A stretch of 64,000 bases of DNA, from assembly GCF_024521635.1 (NCBI RefSeq), contig NW_026250411.1:1116001-1180000 (forward strand), given 5' to 3'. Each line of letters starts with the position of its first letter. Position 1 is the stretch's first letter. The stretch is from Tricharina praecox (taxonomy: Eukaryota). Shown piece by piece: positions 27,578 through 41,064 of this stretch. The notes beneath the pieces are model-generated. The model was given only the letters and a program-made list of their open reading frames with translations. It made no database searches and had not been told where the DNA came from. Made by a program: the position numbers and the translations under genes.

Positions 27578-28502
27578 GCTTTCATGTGCGTGGCTGAAAT
27601 TAACAGAATATATCGACAAGACAGCTGCCTGTGTTTAGTGCTGTGTGTACTATCACACGATCTTCGATAGCTCCCGATCCAATGGGTGTGGTAGAAGACA
27701 CTTCAGTGGGCCTTATGAGAGGATACTACTGCGACGGATCAGCTATGTGACATGGGGATCTAAGAATTTAACGGGTCACCGTGTAGTGGAGTTGTATAGC
27801 GCCAAGGATGGCCGCCTTGCGGAACGAACCGCAGGGTCCGCAGGTCCGCAGCGGTGGAGCGGTGGAGCAGGAAACTGTAGGTACTTCAGTGTTCACTTGG
27901 GTAAGTTTACTGCAGATTTACTGGCAAGAATCCTGGATGATTTCGTTGATCGATACCTTATCAAGTAGTACTCCATGGGTTTGCTTTACTGCAGAAGTGG
28001 CTTCTAAGTTAGGCAGCATGTTCACATAATCTCACTCGCCGTGATCGCTAGGTGAGACGGGATGGAAATTGCCGATAACTAGATAGCTGAGGGAGGGTGA
28101 GACATGCGCAGTGTAAGTTCGAATGGGCTACGCAGAAAGTCAAGCTAGCGGTGAAGCGATGGTGGTCTCAGCCTTCAACTTTTAATCGTTTAAGTAGGTA
28201 GGATAGTAGCTCTGAGAATACTGATCGAGGATTATTGCCTGCAACCTGGAACTGCCGGACTGCCGGACTGCCTTATACATAGTATTACAAAATCTATGAT
28301 TACAAAATCTAGGACACGACACAGGCCGCAAAGAAAAGAAATAAATGCGAACGAAATAGACCATCTAAACTACCTTAGTTCCAGCCTTCCAGTCATCCGC
28401 CACAGTGGACGAGGAGGAGTCATAGCCAAGTCTTGCAAGTCTGACTGACATCTCGCCCCATCCCACCACACGAGCCTACCCACCATGAACCTACCCACTC
28501 AC

Positions 28503-29541
28503 TCACGCATCCCCAAGATCCACATTCCTCCACCCTTCTTCTAGCCATTCCTTCAAGCCCATCGGCCTCCAGCACCCAGGAACCTCCATCTCCGCCGGCG
28601 CAAAATCAAACTCTCCACGCTCGATAGCCAGGAGCATGTCGACCTTGCACGCCTGGCCCCACTCTCCTTTCTCTTCCTTCTCGAAGTGGAGATCGTTGAG
28701 GTCTTCCCACATCGTTTCCGTGATTTCAAACTGACGACCTGTCGGGGTAGGTATACCGATCAGTTTTTGCTCGTCGGGAGAAAAAATGGAAGTTCGACGC
28801 ACCACGGACTTCCTCCGCGATTCTGACAAGTTCCTCCATCGTCAGCCGCTCACCGCAACACCTCCACTGCTCGGGCCACTCCCTCGCCTCCAGGGCGGCG
28901 ACCACAAACGCAGCCAGATCCCTCGCAGCGACAAAACACGCCCTCGTCTCGCCGGCCGGAATCCACGCTCTGGCCGCGCGGAAATCCAGCAACAGCTCCC
29001 CCTCCCCCTTCAGGTGCCCTCGGGGACTACAGATGCCGCTGCCTACCAGTCCCCCAGGCGAGAACCGCTCCATCAACAATCCGCATACGAATACCGTCGA
29101 GTCTAGCCGGTGCTTCTCCTCGCGCAGCCGCGCGAGGACGTCGAAGCGGTTGCGGCTCGGGGGGCAGGCTAGCGGGCGGCACTCCAGGAGGCCTTCGAAT
29201 TCTGCGGGGGCGAAGCGGCGGACACGGGCTGTTAGGCAGGCGTCGATGAGAGCTAGCTGGGCGGAGGTGTTGGTGACGGTGGATATCAGGGTATCCATCC
29301 CTTTCAGGGCGGTAGAAAGGGAGTCTGGCAAGGCGTAGTCAACGCGGATGACGGGAAGTTGGTGGATTTCAGGGTGCTCCTGAAGCTGGGAGGGGTTAGA
29401 TGGAATGAGGGAATGGAGAGAGGATCGTACATTCCGCGAGAGAAGGAGAACATCGTGGCCGCGTAGTAATGCTGCTTGGGCTATGTGTTGGGCTAGTCCT
29501 CCGGTTCCCGCTACTGCCACCTTCAAGGCCGGAGTGTGCAT
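28503..29541 (-). CDS. NmrA-like / isoflavone-reductase-like NAD(P)-binding protein; probably 3 exons
   Basis: Rossmann start KVAVAGTGGLAQHIA, then RVDY, QLALIDACLTARVRRFAPAEF, FVAARDLAAFVVAAL, GERLTMEELV and C-terminal PMGLKEWLEEGW. Confidence 0.85.
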
Positions 29542-32500
29542 AGTTGTAGGTATGCGAGAATGGAATGGGGCTGGATAGGTTCCGATACCACCGGCGAGAT
29601 AGATTCCCGGGGAGATCTGTTGGATGAAGGCTGGCTGCTGAACGGTCAACCCTTGGGAAAATATGAATCCTCCAGAAATACTATGGATAACCACTACCTG
29701 CCACGACACAGTGCCCCCAACAAAAAGCGAAGGGCCGCAAAAGTGGCTGGATTTTGCTGATCACCCGAAAAAACAAAGGAAGGACCAAGAAACAGTGGAA
29801 AAAGAACACGATAATAAGAATAAAGAGCAGAGGAGTGTGAGAATGTATATTGAGCCTCCACCTCTGGTAGCCGTGATATGTATATGTAGTCTAGAGGGTG
29901 TCTACTACTGCCGCATCGAGCCGGATAAGGTTCTCTAAATTCTCAGGAGAGCCCTGAACAGAATTATACGGGAGGAAAGTATCCAGCCTTGGTGATGCTG
30001 GTGATTTTGGTGCAGGTTGCGAACCTGTCGAGGCTGCAATCTGTACTCTCCGGACCCGAACCAGTTCCAACCTGCGAACCTCCTGCAGCGGGAGAACCGG
30101 CCGAGAATCACCGACGGATGGTTGCGAACTGCCATTCATGCGGATGCGGTTAGTCTATGCAAACGCCGAACAGTCGGAGATAGTAAGAGGAGAAGAGCCT
30201 GCATAGAAAAAAACAGTTGCAGTGTTTCAGCATCGAAGGGAACGACAAATAGGAGCCAGCACAGGCTCCAATTCTTTAAACCCACGGAAACTAGGCCTTA
30301 TGGTCGGCACATCAGGCTGGGGTTGTCACATCTGACCACCGCTCTTGGCAGCACAGCAGCAGGAATATTCCGCGAGTGGCCCCGAAGGATACCCGAAGGG
30401 TGCTTCCGCAATCATCTCGACACCAGGGGAAGGCTGATGGGAGCTCATGGTTCATCCGGAGGACGGTAAATAAGGCAAAGATGACGGTGAAGAAGCCTAA
30501 GAAATATCTAATACAAGTGAGGAGGGGAAATGTCAGACACAGACCACATGATCAGACAAGGCATGCAAGGCTGGTCGAGCCACGGAGGGATTGAGCGTGT
30601 TCCATGAACATAAAGAATAGCTTCTAGACGAGGAGAACCAAAAACGTAGGATCGGGAGCTTAACAGAATGACCCAAGCGCGGGGACTCACCGAGTTGGTT
30701 CTCGAATCTCCACTCCCCACCAGCACCACCGCCACGAGTCTACAGTATTCCTATCGGAAGATTACTACGCTTTCTATTTCAGCAAGGCGGCCGCACAATC
30801 CAGCAAGCCACGCAGATTGGCGGAGAGTAACTACCCGCACAAGCCTAGCCGGCCGACCGACGTCCCCCCACCACCAATATTCCGACGTGCAGGCGAGCAA
30901 ATGAGAACACCGGACACAACCTCTCCACTTCTCTCGTCCGTAGCGCCGATTCCAGAAGATAAAGTTGTTGACGCTTCGCTAGATGGTGGGATGTCAGGTA
31001 CCTATGACCTACCTACTCAGCCATGCAGGTGCTTCGTATAACGTAAGGCTGGTAACTGAGTGTGGTTACCTCAACGTTTGTGGCGTCTTCTTCTTCAGCT
31101 GATATGATCCTCCAGTTGAAGAAAAGATGCATAGGGCACCCGCTCGCATTAGGGTCGCCAATGGAATATGTAGATGTTCGTCCGGGTCCACTTTTGCGGC
31201 TAACTGGAGTTACATATCCACCAGCCCGCCGGACGATATCGGCCTTCCGCTTAGTGGAGCCTTGATGCGTACTGATTTCCTATGCTTCTGCTCAGTCTCA
31301 AGCTCTCATCTCTTAGAACGTGGGGGCACGAAAACAACCGCTCGACTACCCACCTACCTTGTCACTGACCATTATCTATGGCTTTCGGGCTCGGGACGAG
31401 TATACTCCAGGGTAGTCGACATGACTTTACTCGCTAAGTGCGGGTGCATAATTGACATGACGCTTGCGGTTCCGTACTCTACGCTCGCGAGCCCTGCGAA
31501 CCCATGAATGAGTCAGAGGGGTCAGTCAACTGGAGAAGGTCGGAACGCGAAAACAGGAAACGCTCACAGTGACTCAACACCACGCGTGGAGGCGGCGTAC
31601 CTACTTTGTTCTAGTCCTGGCACGGCGCGTAACTTGTAGGTATGTAAGGTGTGATTTCTGGAGCATCAGTTTGTCCGATCGGGGGAACACGCGTGGAGGC
31701 GTGTGACTCGACGCGTAAACAGGGTCGCGCAATCACGTTACATAGATGCCTGTTAGGTACCCCGGCCGCCGATTGGAGTCAGAAGCCCGCATTAATTGCC
31801 GCCGGTGGGAGGACCGGAGGAAGTATTCTGTGATCGTTATCACGCAGACCTTCTGCGAATTGCATGCTTCGTTCCGGGGATGCAGTTGTGCGCGTATTCG
31901 GTGCGAGAGGACAACTGTACCCGTAACTAGAGCTTAGTTAATGCGACGGCGATGGATATCAACATACTCCGCTCGCTGTTGGGATTCTTCTGCGAGGACC
32001 CAGAATGACCCGCCAGTCGTCATATCGCAACGTCAACCATACCATCCATCCATAACATCCATACAATTGTAGGAACACGAAGCAGGTTGACATCTGCAAC
32101 GAAATGGCGCTATATACATGTGTAAACCGACCAGTCACCGCCGCCGGTGGCAGCGCACAGCATACCAACATACTTAGACGGAAGATCACGGGGAAAAGAC
32201 AATAATCGAACCAATGTTTGCTTTCCTCCGCTTGTCGATCACAGATTCACGGTTGACATCCCGCCAGATACCGAGATGGTAAAGACCAGCAAGCGATCCG
32301 TACCATTTGAACCGTCGAGTCGCTCGAGTACCTACATACTTCTTACACCCCGCCATTCGCTCTTCAAATCTCACATCCACGGGCAGATCTGATAACTATG
32401 CATAGCGGAGCCTAGAACACATCAGAACAGGCATTCACCGTCGCCGTCGTTGGATTGGAACAGCAGCAACTCCTTTGTCACGGATTGACATCTGTTTCCC

Positions 32501-34357
32501 CTCCCGGGAGACCGATCATTGCGGTGAAAGAAGGGCATGCACACAGCTGCACGGTGCAGCTAGCTGGCTGGCTGGCATGAAAGTGCAAATAGTACGGCTA
32601 TCAGCTATGAGGTATGAATGTACAAAGCGCAAAAGCACGGCTGTCAGGCTTCAGCTATGTACAAAGCGCAAAAGCACGGCTACGAGCTATTTAGCTCCCT
32701 CCCCGCCAGCGAGTAAACCGGAACTCCGAATCTACGTCCTCCAGTTTTTCCGCAAACCTCGGTCACTCGAGAAGAGATCTATCTTACCAGATAGGTACCG
32801 GGTAGAGTTTGAGAAGGGCAGGTGGGGTGTATTAGGAAGAGCGGGCTAAATGTATAGCCGGCGGAGCGATTGTAAGTGGGTGGTAGTGGCAAATGATTCA
32901 CCTTTCAGATTACTGAGGATGCTTGTGATAGCAGACACGAAGACGGCACCGTTATGATATGTAGAAGCTGACTAACTGCTACTAAGCCACCTGTTATTCC
33001 AAATATGCTCGATATCCCTCCGCATATGTGTGTCAATCAGATGCCATGGTACGTTATATCGGATGTTTTACTCAACTCCCCATCCACCGAATCTAAGAAT
33101 GAGTTCGTTCAGGGAGCCCTCAATAGCCGCTTACAAATCTCACGGAAGGGGATGTTTAAGCAGGATATCCATACTCCATAGTTCGTAACCCTTTTTCTGA
33201 AGAGAGATGGTCCATACTACCCTTTCGCCGAAAAAAACAAAACAAACTGCCCTTCACGAAAACCCTCGTCAACGCGCGGAAATATCCGCCTACCCCAGAC
33301 ATCAATAGACGGGCTTTCTATACAGAGGAACGGCGGGCTGAGAAAAGAATTAACGTCCCGTACCGCCACAGTATCTCCACATATCCCTTGCATGCCTCTA
33401 TTCCACGGCCGCGTTCAGCCTTTGCATCACTTTCGTGATACGGGGTGTCGACCAGAATCCAGCTCTCCCCGACGAAGAAAGACCAGCAAATGACCCTTTT
33501 CGATGGTCTGTTACTTGAAATACCGTTGATACTGGAGTACAACTGCCTTGACGTCCAGCCAAGGGACTCTGGTCGTTGGTATTTGGTTTGGTAGCACCAG
33601 CCTTCACAACGGTGCTCCGATACCCAGTCCACTCTATTCTTCCCGAAGAACCAAGACTCGCAAAAGTCCATAGCCAATGATCCATACGGCAAATCCCGCG
33701 GCCATCAGACGACAGGTATCGCAGTTAACAGCGCCTCCACCCGTTGTTTTCCGTCAAAGAAAAAAACACCAGCAGTGGTGACGCTAAGGCGTCATCGACC
33801 CGTGCTCCCTCGCCTACCCGCACTGCATGCAACCCTTATCCATGCAGATCAAACCGCCGGTTTGCTCAATCCCCTTGCTGCAGCGCCACCGACGCCCGTG
33901 ATTCGCGGGTGAGCTCCCTGCAAACCACCCGAGTGATGATCCATGAACCCTGGCCCCACGATGCAGTCACCACCGTTGCGGGACGCCGCATAGTGCAGGT
34001 TTAGTCTGCTGCGCTGCCGGTTTTTCTTTCTTCTGGGCGAGACATCGGAGGGAAATGGTAAGTGAAGCAAACTCGGTCGACTGTGGTGGAGATAGCGGGC
34101 GAGGAACAGTCTCGCCTCTGGGATCAGGATGGGTGGAGAAGGAAGATGAGAACGAAGGTATATATCCACTGCTTGTCCTGATTTGCGGTCTTCACCGTCC
34201 TCCTCCCTTCCCATGTAAAGCTGCCCTTATCGATCGAGCTAGTAGCCAACCTCCCTTATCGGTGTCGTCGTGTACCAAACGTCCTCATCGTCGATACCAC
34301 CGTATCTCTCGCACAGAAATCCTCCCAAACCTGCTCCGGGTACTGCTTTGCTCGCCA

Positions 34358-35710
34358 ATGTCTGGAAATCGATACTCGGCCGACCTCCTGACCGAAGAAA
34401 ACGACCATCTGATCAACGAACTCCTTTCGACCAGTGCCGTATCTCCAGCCATCGCCGCAATGTCGTACCTCGCGAACGGCGGTCGTCCGCGTTCTCCCGC
34501 CCTCGGACAGTGGCTCAATAATCCGCCATCACACGCAGTCCAGCCTTCGTCCACGACCGCCTTCACCTCGATGATGCACCACCAACCCAGCATCTCCGAG
34601 GCCGTCCGCGCCGACTACCAGCGGCACCATCTCCTTGCCCGCCACCAGCGGGAACACCAACAACAGCAGATCTTCCAACTCGCGCAGCAGCAGCAGCACG
34701 AGCAACAGATGCAGGCGCAACACGCGCAATCGCAGTCGCAGCAATCCCAGCAGCCGCGTCAAAGCCAGCGGCAACCCTCCCTCGTCATCGCCCAAGCCCC
34801 TCCACACGAGGACGCCTCCACCGGCACTTCTCCCAACGCTGTAACCTTCCAGACCGAGTACCTGGTCGAGATCGGCCTCCCGCAGTGGCCGCTCGTAAAC
34901 CTGATCTACTACCCGAACGGCAGCGTACACGTCCTGTGCGGCAACGAGGGCAAAGGGATGTTCACGGCGACGCGGGCGTCGCTCCGCCCCGTGACCCCCG
35001 AGGTCCGCTGCAAAGTCACCACGCAATCGCAGGTAACACAGATCCTGCGGCGCGGCCCGCGCGGCGAGGAAGAGATCGAGTACTCGTCGTGCGGCGGATA
35101 CGGCGCGCTTCTCGTCGAGGACCCGTGCCACGGCACCGTCAGCGCCGAGGACATGGAGGGGGCAAACACGATCCGGCGGGACGCCTGTGGGTCCGTCGAC
35201 ACCACCACCCCCACCATCACCACCAGAACGATCGTCATGCCCTTCGACGCGGCCATCCCCCCCGCCACAGAGGCCGCGGACCGCGACCTCTCGGAGCTCC
35301 GCATGCGTATGCGCGAGGCGAGGAACTCCTGCATGACCTCTATCGACACCGACCGCGCCAACCCCGACTATAACCTAAACCTTGCGCAGGAGCCGGCGCC
35401 GCGGCGCCGCACTACCACCCCCGCCGCCGCCAAACGCGCCCAGGCCCAGAGCCAGAGCCAGAGAGCGGTCTTCCAGATCAAGACGAAGCTCCCCGGACAG
35501 TCCCCGGCTGCCGCCGCCGCCCCAGCTGCTACCGCAGCAGGTGCTAAGAGGAAGTCGCCGCCGAAAAGGAAACTCATCCCGAGGAATACTAAGAAGTTGC
35601 GCTCGGCGAGTGCCGAAGCTGAGGCCGAGGCGGGGGTGAAGACGGTGCTATCCGTGTCCACTGCTGACGACGAGACGGAGGAGGACGAGAGGGTAAAGGA
35701 GGTCGAGTAG
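34358..35710 (+). CDS. Intronless hypothetical protein (~450 aa) with a Q-rich tract and a basic NLS-like C-terminus
   Basis: Long ORF with strong GC3 codon bias from the ATG at 34358; KRKSPPKRKL near the end; no family recognised. Confidence 0.75.
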   Translation: MSGNRYSADLLTEENDHLINELLSTSAVSPAIAAMSYLANGGRPRSPALGQWLNNPPSHAVQPSSTTAFTSMMHHQPSISEAVRADYQRHHLLARHQREHQQQQIFQLAQQQQHEQQMQAQHAQSQSQQSQQPRQSQRQPSLVIAQAPPHEDASTGTSPNAVTFQTEYLVEIGLPQWPLVNLIYYPNGSVHVLCGNEGKGMFTATRASLRPVTPEVRCKVTTQSQVTQILRRGPRGEEEIEYSSCGGYGALLVEDPCHGTVSAEDMEGANTIRRDACGSVDTTTPTITTRTIVMPFDAAIPPATEAADRDLSELRMRMREARNSCMTSIDTDRANPDYNLNLAQEPAPRRRTTTPAAAKRAQAQSQSQRAVFQIKTKLPGQSPAAAAAPAATAAGAKRKSPPKRKLIPRNTKKLRSASAEAEAEAGVKTVLSVSTADDETEEDERVKEVE

Positions 35711-37264
35711 CGTGTCTGGATGGATGGCGCGAGAGGTGTCTGTGATGGAAGATGGAAAAAGCTGCTTTTGGTTCGCGGGTGGGGGGCGTTTGTTTGCTTG
35801 TTTGTCTGTTTGTCTCTCTGTCTGCTTGTTTGTCGTCCGTCTATGAGCTTGAGGTCGGTTCGGGGTTCGGAGTGTTTTGCTATGGGTCTGTTTTTTCAAT
35901 TTTCTGTTATATTACTATCTGCCTGTACGTTGCTTGCAGAGAGAGGTTTACGGTACGAGTTTATTTGAGCTGGAGGATCAGGGGTATTGCCTTGAGCTTC
36001 CGTGATAGGTACTGAATCGAACACATCCCCGCGAATGAAACTTCTTTTCAACGAGACTATGTAGGTAGCAACAAGCTCATGGATAAAAGGTGGGTTGAAG
36101 TGAATGTACTGCTGTACCGGTGCCCTTCTTAAATTTTCAGAAAACATCTCCAGTTCTGACCGCAGGTATGAAACCTTACGGTTTGCTTCCGTACCGTACC
36201 GTATCACATGGAGAATCTTCACAACTCCCTACAGCACCGCCCCAGAGTGTCCAGAGTGTCCTGTAAATATCATTACATTGAACATCAACAAACTCCTACT
36301 ACCGAGCAGCTCAAAGCCCCATTTAGCTCCTGCTGGCGGCAAGTATGTAGAGTACTGGTACTCGCACAATGTCACTATCACTGTCACTATCACTGTCTCG
36401 TGCACTCGTGCGCGTGTTGGCGCTTCTCCCTAGTCGTAACTCGTAAGCGCCTTTGCCGCTTATGCCGGACCGAAGGGGAGTGATATCATGATATGACCCA
36501 TGGAGATCCCTTGAACTTCCTCTGTGTTTGGCTTTTAGTCTTACTCTATGCACTCTACTCTGGCGATAGTGATAGTCATAGTGATACACGGAGCCCCCGA
36601 ATCCCGATACACCATACAGATCGTTAATGATGGTGGCCACTGGCTGCGGACCTGTGGTGTTGATGAGTTTAGACGCAGCGATCTATACTACCTAGGTCCT
36701 GGGTGCTCCAAATTCCAATAGAGCGGCGTGTCAGGGAGTCGGAGTCGGGGACGGGTTGTGCCACCAACTTCCAAGTGGCTGATGAACGGAGCGGCGTGCT
36801 CACTGCTGGCTGTAGCTTTGTATGGCGAGATGTAGCTCTTTTTCGCAATGCTACTCTATGTAACTATGACGCCAGTTATATCGATCACTAATCAAACGGA
36901 ATCCTTCTCCACTCCTCCCCCTCCTCCCCCTCTTGGCCGCCATAGCACTCCCCCCACGTAGACTGGTCATGTCCAACTACCTACTTCTCATTCATCGGCA
37001 GAAAATAACTCAGTATGTCCACATTTAGCGCCCACTCCAACATGTATATCCTACTGTAGAATCTAGATTCCATATATAAACACCAGAATGAATAGAAATC
37101 CGTCACGTCTATTTAAAGCCAACAAAACCGGCACATCCCCCCCAAAAACCAACAGAAAGACATCAAAAACAACCGAGGTATAAGCTAAAACTCCCAGTGT
37201 AACTCCCAAGCGCGACTGCGATGCGATGCGGTCAAAAAAAACAATTTACAAAACGAATCCCCAA

Positions 37265-38889
37265 TCAAATCTGAAACACCTCCTTGATCCAATGCTCAGC
37301 GACGACTTTGCCCTCATTGTACGACTCCGTTTGCCTCCTGACGACGATGGCGGCATGCGCGAACGGGATGTTGTGGATCCACACCGGAAACTTTTTGATG
37401 TTGAGGCTGTCCAGATTATGGATCATTCGGAACTGCAGCGGGTGTAATGCCAGCGTGGGAAACTCCGTGTGCCGATCGCGATGCTTCTCGGGGATGTCGT
37501 GCGATCGCTCGGACGAAGACATCACGACGCTGTTCGTGATTCCGACCATGCTATCCGTAAGGAGCTCCTCCGACTCTGAACCATCCGAGTCGTCGCCCTG
37601 CTCTTTCGATCCCGGCGGCAAGTGCTGCGGTGGAAGCTCGTGGTGCATGTCTTCTATCGCATGATCCGTCGCTTCCTGGATCTCCTCCGCCAGCAGTGGG
37701 AATGACTGGTACCCGTGCCACTCCTTCTGGTTGCCGTGCAGCCGGATACGACGCTTGCTCAACACTCCCTGGAGAACAGAGTTGGCCAGGAAGATCGAAA
37801 TTCCGATGGGCACAATAACGATGTAAACGAGCATCATCGGCAGCTTCGCAACTTTCTTCCCGCTCCGAGCAATACGGCTGCTCATGGACAGGTCCTCGGT
37901 CCGAGGAGTCGCCAGTTGCACGGGATCCTCCGGGTCGAGAATGACTGGTGCGTATTTGGGAAGGTATTTAACGGTCACGGCCGACAGGTCGGCGAATGGA
38001 TCATGCCGCGAGATGGCGGATGTGTACCAGCTGGTAGTCCTATCGTTGGTAACGTTGGCGTAGAGCGCCTTGTTGGCAAACATCGCGAGACCTTTGTAGA
38101 ACACAGAATTCTTATCCGCCAACACGGAGAGCAGCGGGCGATCTGTGCCACGAAACTTATCGATCATAAACAGCTGGCGGCCTGACTCCGAGAGCGTGCG
38201 GGCGGCGAGTACATTCCTGTCTCGAGATCAGCAAGCATTCCGTGACTAGCGCAGGCGGCAGGAGAGACCGACCATATGTGATTGTGCCAGCCCAGCAACG
38301 GTATCCGCACGCCCAGGTAAGGAGACGCAAACGTCGTGAAGTTCACCGGCTGGATCTTCTGGAAGCAGCCCTTGGAGTAGAGCAGACCGATTGCGTATCT
38401 CAACACCAGCCCACCTATCATCATCATCACCACCCCTGTCAGTCCATCACATTCACACCTCCAGCCAACACACCGCCGCCGAGTCACCATACGCACCCAG
38501 CGAGTACCCCACAACAGAGATCTTCCTGATCTCCACCCCTTCGCTCGCGGACTGCTCCAGCAAATCTTCTATCTCCTTCGCCACGCGCTCGCCGCCGGTC
38601 TCGATCCCGTCGTACGTATGGTGTCCCGCGTTATTCTTGCACACCAGAATCTGAAGGACAGACTCGTCGTGGCATGCCCGTAATGTGTCGGACAGGAATT
38701 GTAGATGTCCCGGATTTCCCCAAAGGCTGGTTACGCAACCGTTAGCTACCCCCCCTCCACATGTCCTCGGCTTCGGCTTTCGCGGGCGGACTCGACTCAC
38801 CCATGGACAAAGACGCAGAGATGGTCTCCTTTTTGGGCCGCGGGCGCTGCGGGGGAGGCCAGAGCAGCTGCTTCCGACGTCGAGCTCAT
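37265..38889 (-). CDS. DUF676 putative lipase / serine esterase (ROG1/LPL1-like); 4 exons
   Basis: HLCVFVHG|LWGNP, TYDGIETGGERV, nucleophile motif GYSLG|GLV, NFTTFASPYLG, LYANVTNDRTT and HAAIVVR. Confidence 0.92.
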
Positions 38890-40120
38890 GGATAGGTATG
38901 TTGCTGGGAGCTTGGATCACAGGAACGTCGCGTGTGTGCGAAGCGAGAAATAACAGATCGGCAGGCAGCCGATAGGGTGGAAAGGATGATTTTCGGAAGA
39001 TAGGTAGGCGAAGATGGTACAGTGCACGACAGGTGGTGGGAAGACGGATTGCAAAAAGGAGGAGCTGTTTAGTAGTCGTGTGAGCCTGCGGGTTGCAGCG
39101 GGCAGTGCTGGAGGGGATGCACGGAGATAAGAAGTAACAGTATATGTAGTAAGCTTGTCGGCAGTGCTGAGCTCGGGGACAGTGTCCAAGTTGCAGTCAA
39201 AGAGCGACGGCAGCTAAGACACGGCGGGCCAGGCCAGGCCAGGGCGCCGAGGATATCCGAGTAACCACCTATTGTATCAAGGAAGAAAATAGAAAAGCCC
39301 GCGGAACCCCAGTGCCACGGCCCGTCTCGTGTTGGGTATGGAAGAATCCCCGACGTCATCAGTCCACGACTCGACGGGGCGTCAGGGTGCAGGCGTGACA
39401 ACACCCAACCCTGGAGACCGATATCCATGTAACGTGATCCTGTGGGAGGTATGGGACCTGCATGCGGATAATAGCGCAGTAGCAATGGAACCAGAGAATT
39501 GCAATCGGATGAAACTTCACAGGTTGATCTGAGGAGAAACCAGGAGAACCGAGAGCATAAGGGCTCTACCTACTCCAACTATCGGCACGTGTGATAGGGA
39601 AGCGGATGCTGATGAGCAGCTAGGGATAGTCAACGTCTGAAGCGCGGTGATTATCGAGACTAGGTAGGTACCCATCTATCTAGAGTAGGTATCCATGTAG
39701 AGTAGATGCCTTCTACATAACTTACGATAGGTACCTATCTGCCTGCAGAATCATACCTCCCCGCAGACATGGTTCCATCTTCCTCGGTATGTATGTGTTT
39801 TGGACTGGAGGATTTTGTACCTCCTGAAATTTGGGGTGGCGGCCAAAGGATCCTGACCTGTCCAAGACTCCAAGTGTTCCCGCGCGAGGAATGACTCGGT
39901 TCCGGACCGAGTCTTTAATCACACCGAACAGCAGAACCGCACTCCAGAAGAAGAGCTCGAAATTGCAGAAACGAACACGGTTTGCTATATACGAGAGGAA
40001 ACTCAGGGAAACGAGTGATGTCTAGAGTATTGATATCCCTTCGAAGAGCTCTAGCACTACTATAGCACAAGGTAGTACCTGGTTACGACCTCTCATTTGT
40101 CTCCCTCTCACTCACGGTAT

Positions 40121-40771
40121 CTACAACCGCTTCTCCTTACACCTCAACTTCCCACAATCACCCACGACTTTGACAATCTCCTCCCACCAGCGGACCCTTC
40201 GTTTGCCGTTCACCCCGAGCTCGTCGTAGTCTCCGTAGTCATCCACCACCTCCTCATCCTCGACCGTCCACGGCACAACCGTATGTCTACCCCCAAAACA
40301 GTACGGTTCCACATGCGCTGGTTCCACCCATTCACCCCAATCATCCATCTCGAATCTCACCCCGCAGCACGTAAACACTCGCACGTCAACTTCTATCTGA
40401 TCCTCAGGTTCCTCACACTCGCCAAAGTGCCTTACGTTGCAGTCGTACGCCCCGGATCGGCTGCTGTCGAAGGTCTCGTGGCAGTAAATACAGTGTTACA
40501 ATTGCTCTGCGGTCTATGGTAGGAAGCTTAGCTGTGTATCCATCTAACCAGCAGTGGTTGGGGAGGTGGAAACCTCGGGGTATGCAGCACTCAGCAGAAA
40601 CCCGCGTAGCACGGACGCGTCAAGCTTTGAGAGCTCTGAGGAGAGCGCGGAAGAGGTGGGATATTTTGTGCGAAGAGTGCTGACAAGATCTTTCGCACCC
40701 TCTTCCGCGTGGGCTTTTTTGGCCGGCACATTGGAGGGGGAGGGAGGGGAGGCGGGACGTTTGGGTGGCAT
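40121..40771 (-). pseudogene. tRNA-adjacent Cys/His-rich protein gene, copy B; intron 40514-40573, premature TAA 40496-40498, frameshift near 40450-40468
   Basis: MPPKRPASPPSPS...LVSTLRTKYPTSSALSSELSKLDASVLRGFLLSAAYPE|TAEQL*HCIYCHETFD.., then after the shift DCNVRHFGE...FTCCG...PYCFGGRHTVVPW...RWWEEIVK...KLRC. The intron position matches copy A. Confidence 0.8.
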
Positions 40772-40991
40772 TGTTGAGGGTCCGGATGGCGAAGCCAGGG
40801 GCGTGATGAGAACAACATGTAGATATTTGGCCGATTTATAGAGGATCTGTACGGCGCACGGGCCCGCAGTGCGAAGCCTCAATGGATCGAGTAGCAGCTC
40901 CAGCCGCAGGAAAGTCAAACTTGTGCTTCTTGCATTCACGGCATCTGCTTTATCCTCATATTGTGTCAACCACTGCCAAGAATATGAAAGC

Positions 40992-41064
40992 GCCTCGCTA
41001 GCTCAATCGGTAGAGCGTAAGACTCTTAATCTTAAGGCTGCGGGTTCGACCCCCGCGTGGGGCT
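40992..41064 (+). tRNA. tRNA-Lys(CTT), identical to the other two
   Basis: Exact 73-nt match; T-run terminator downstream. Confidence 0.97.

Noticed and set aside
30017..30469. ORF with DPNQFQP and RRACIEK, vaguely like cytochrome P450 motifs
   Set aside because: It lacks FxxGxRxCxG and ExxR; the similarity is at chance level.
33318..33692. 124-aa minus-strand ORF in the gene-free region
   Set aside because: Non-ATG start, no coding bias and no recognisable domain.
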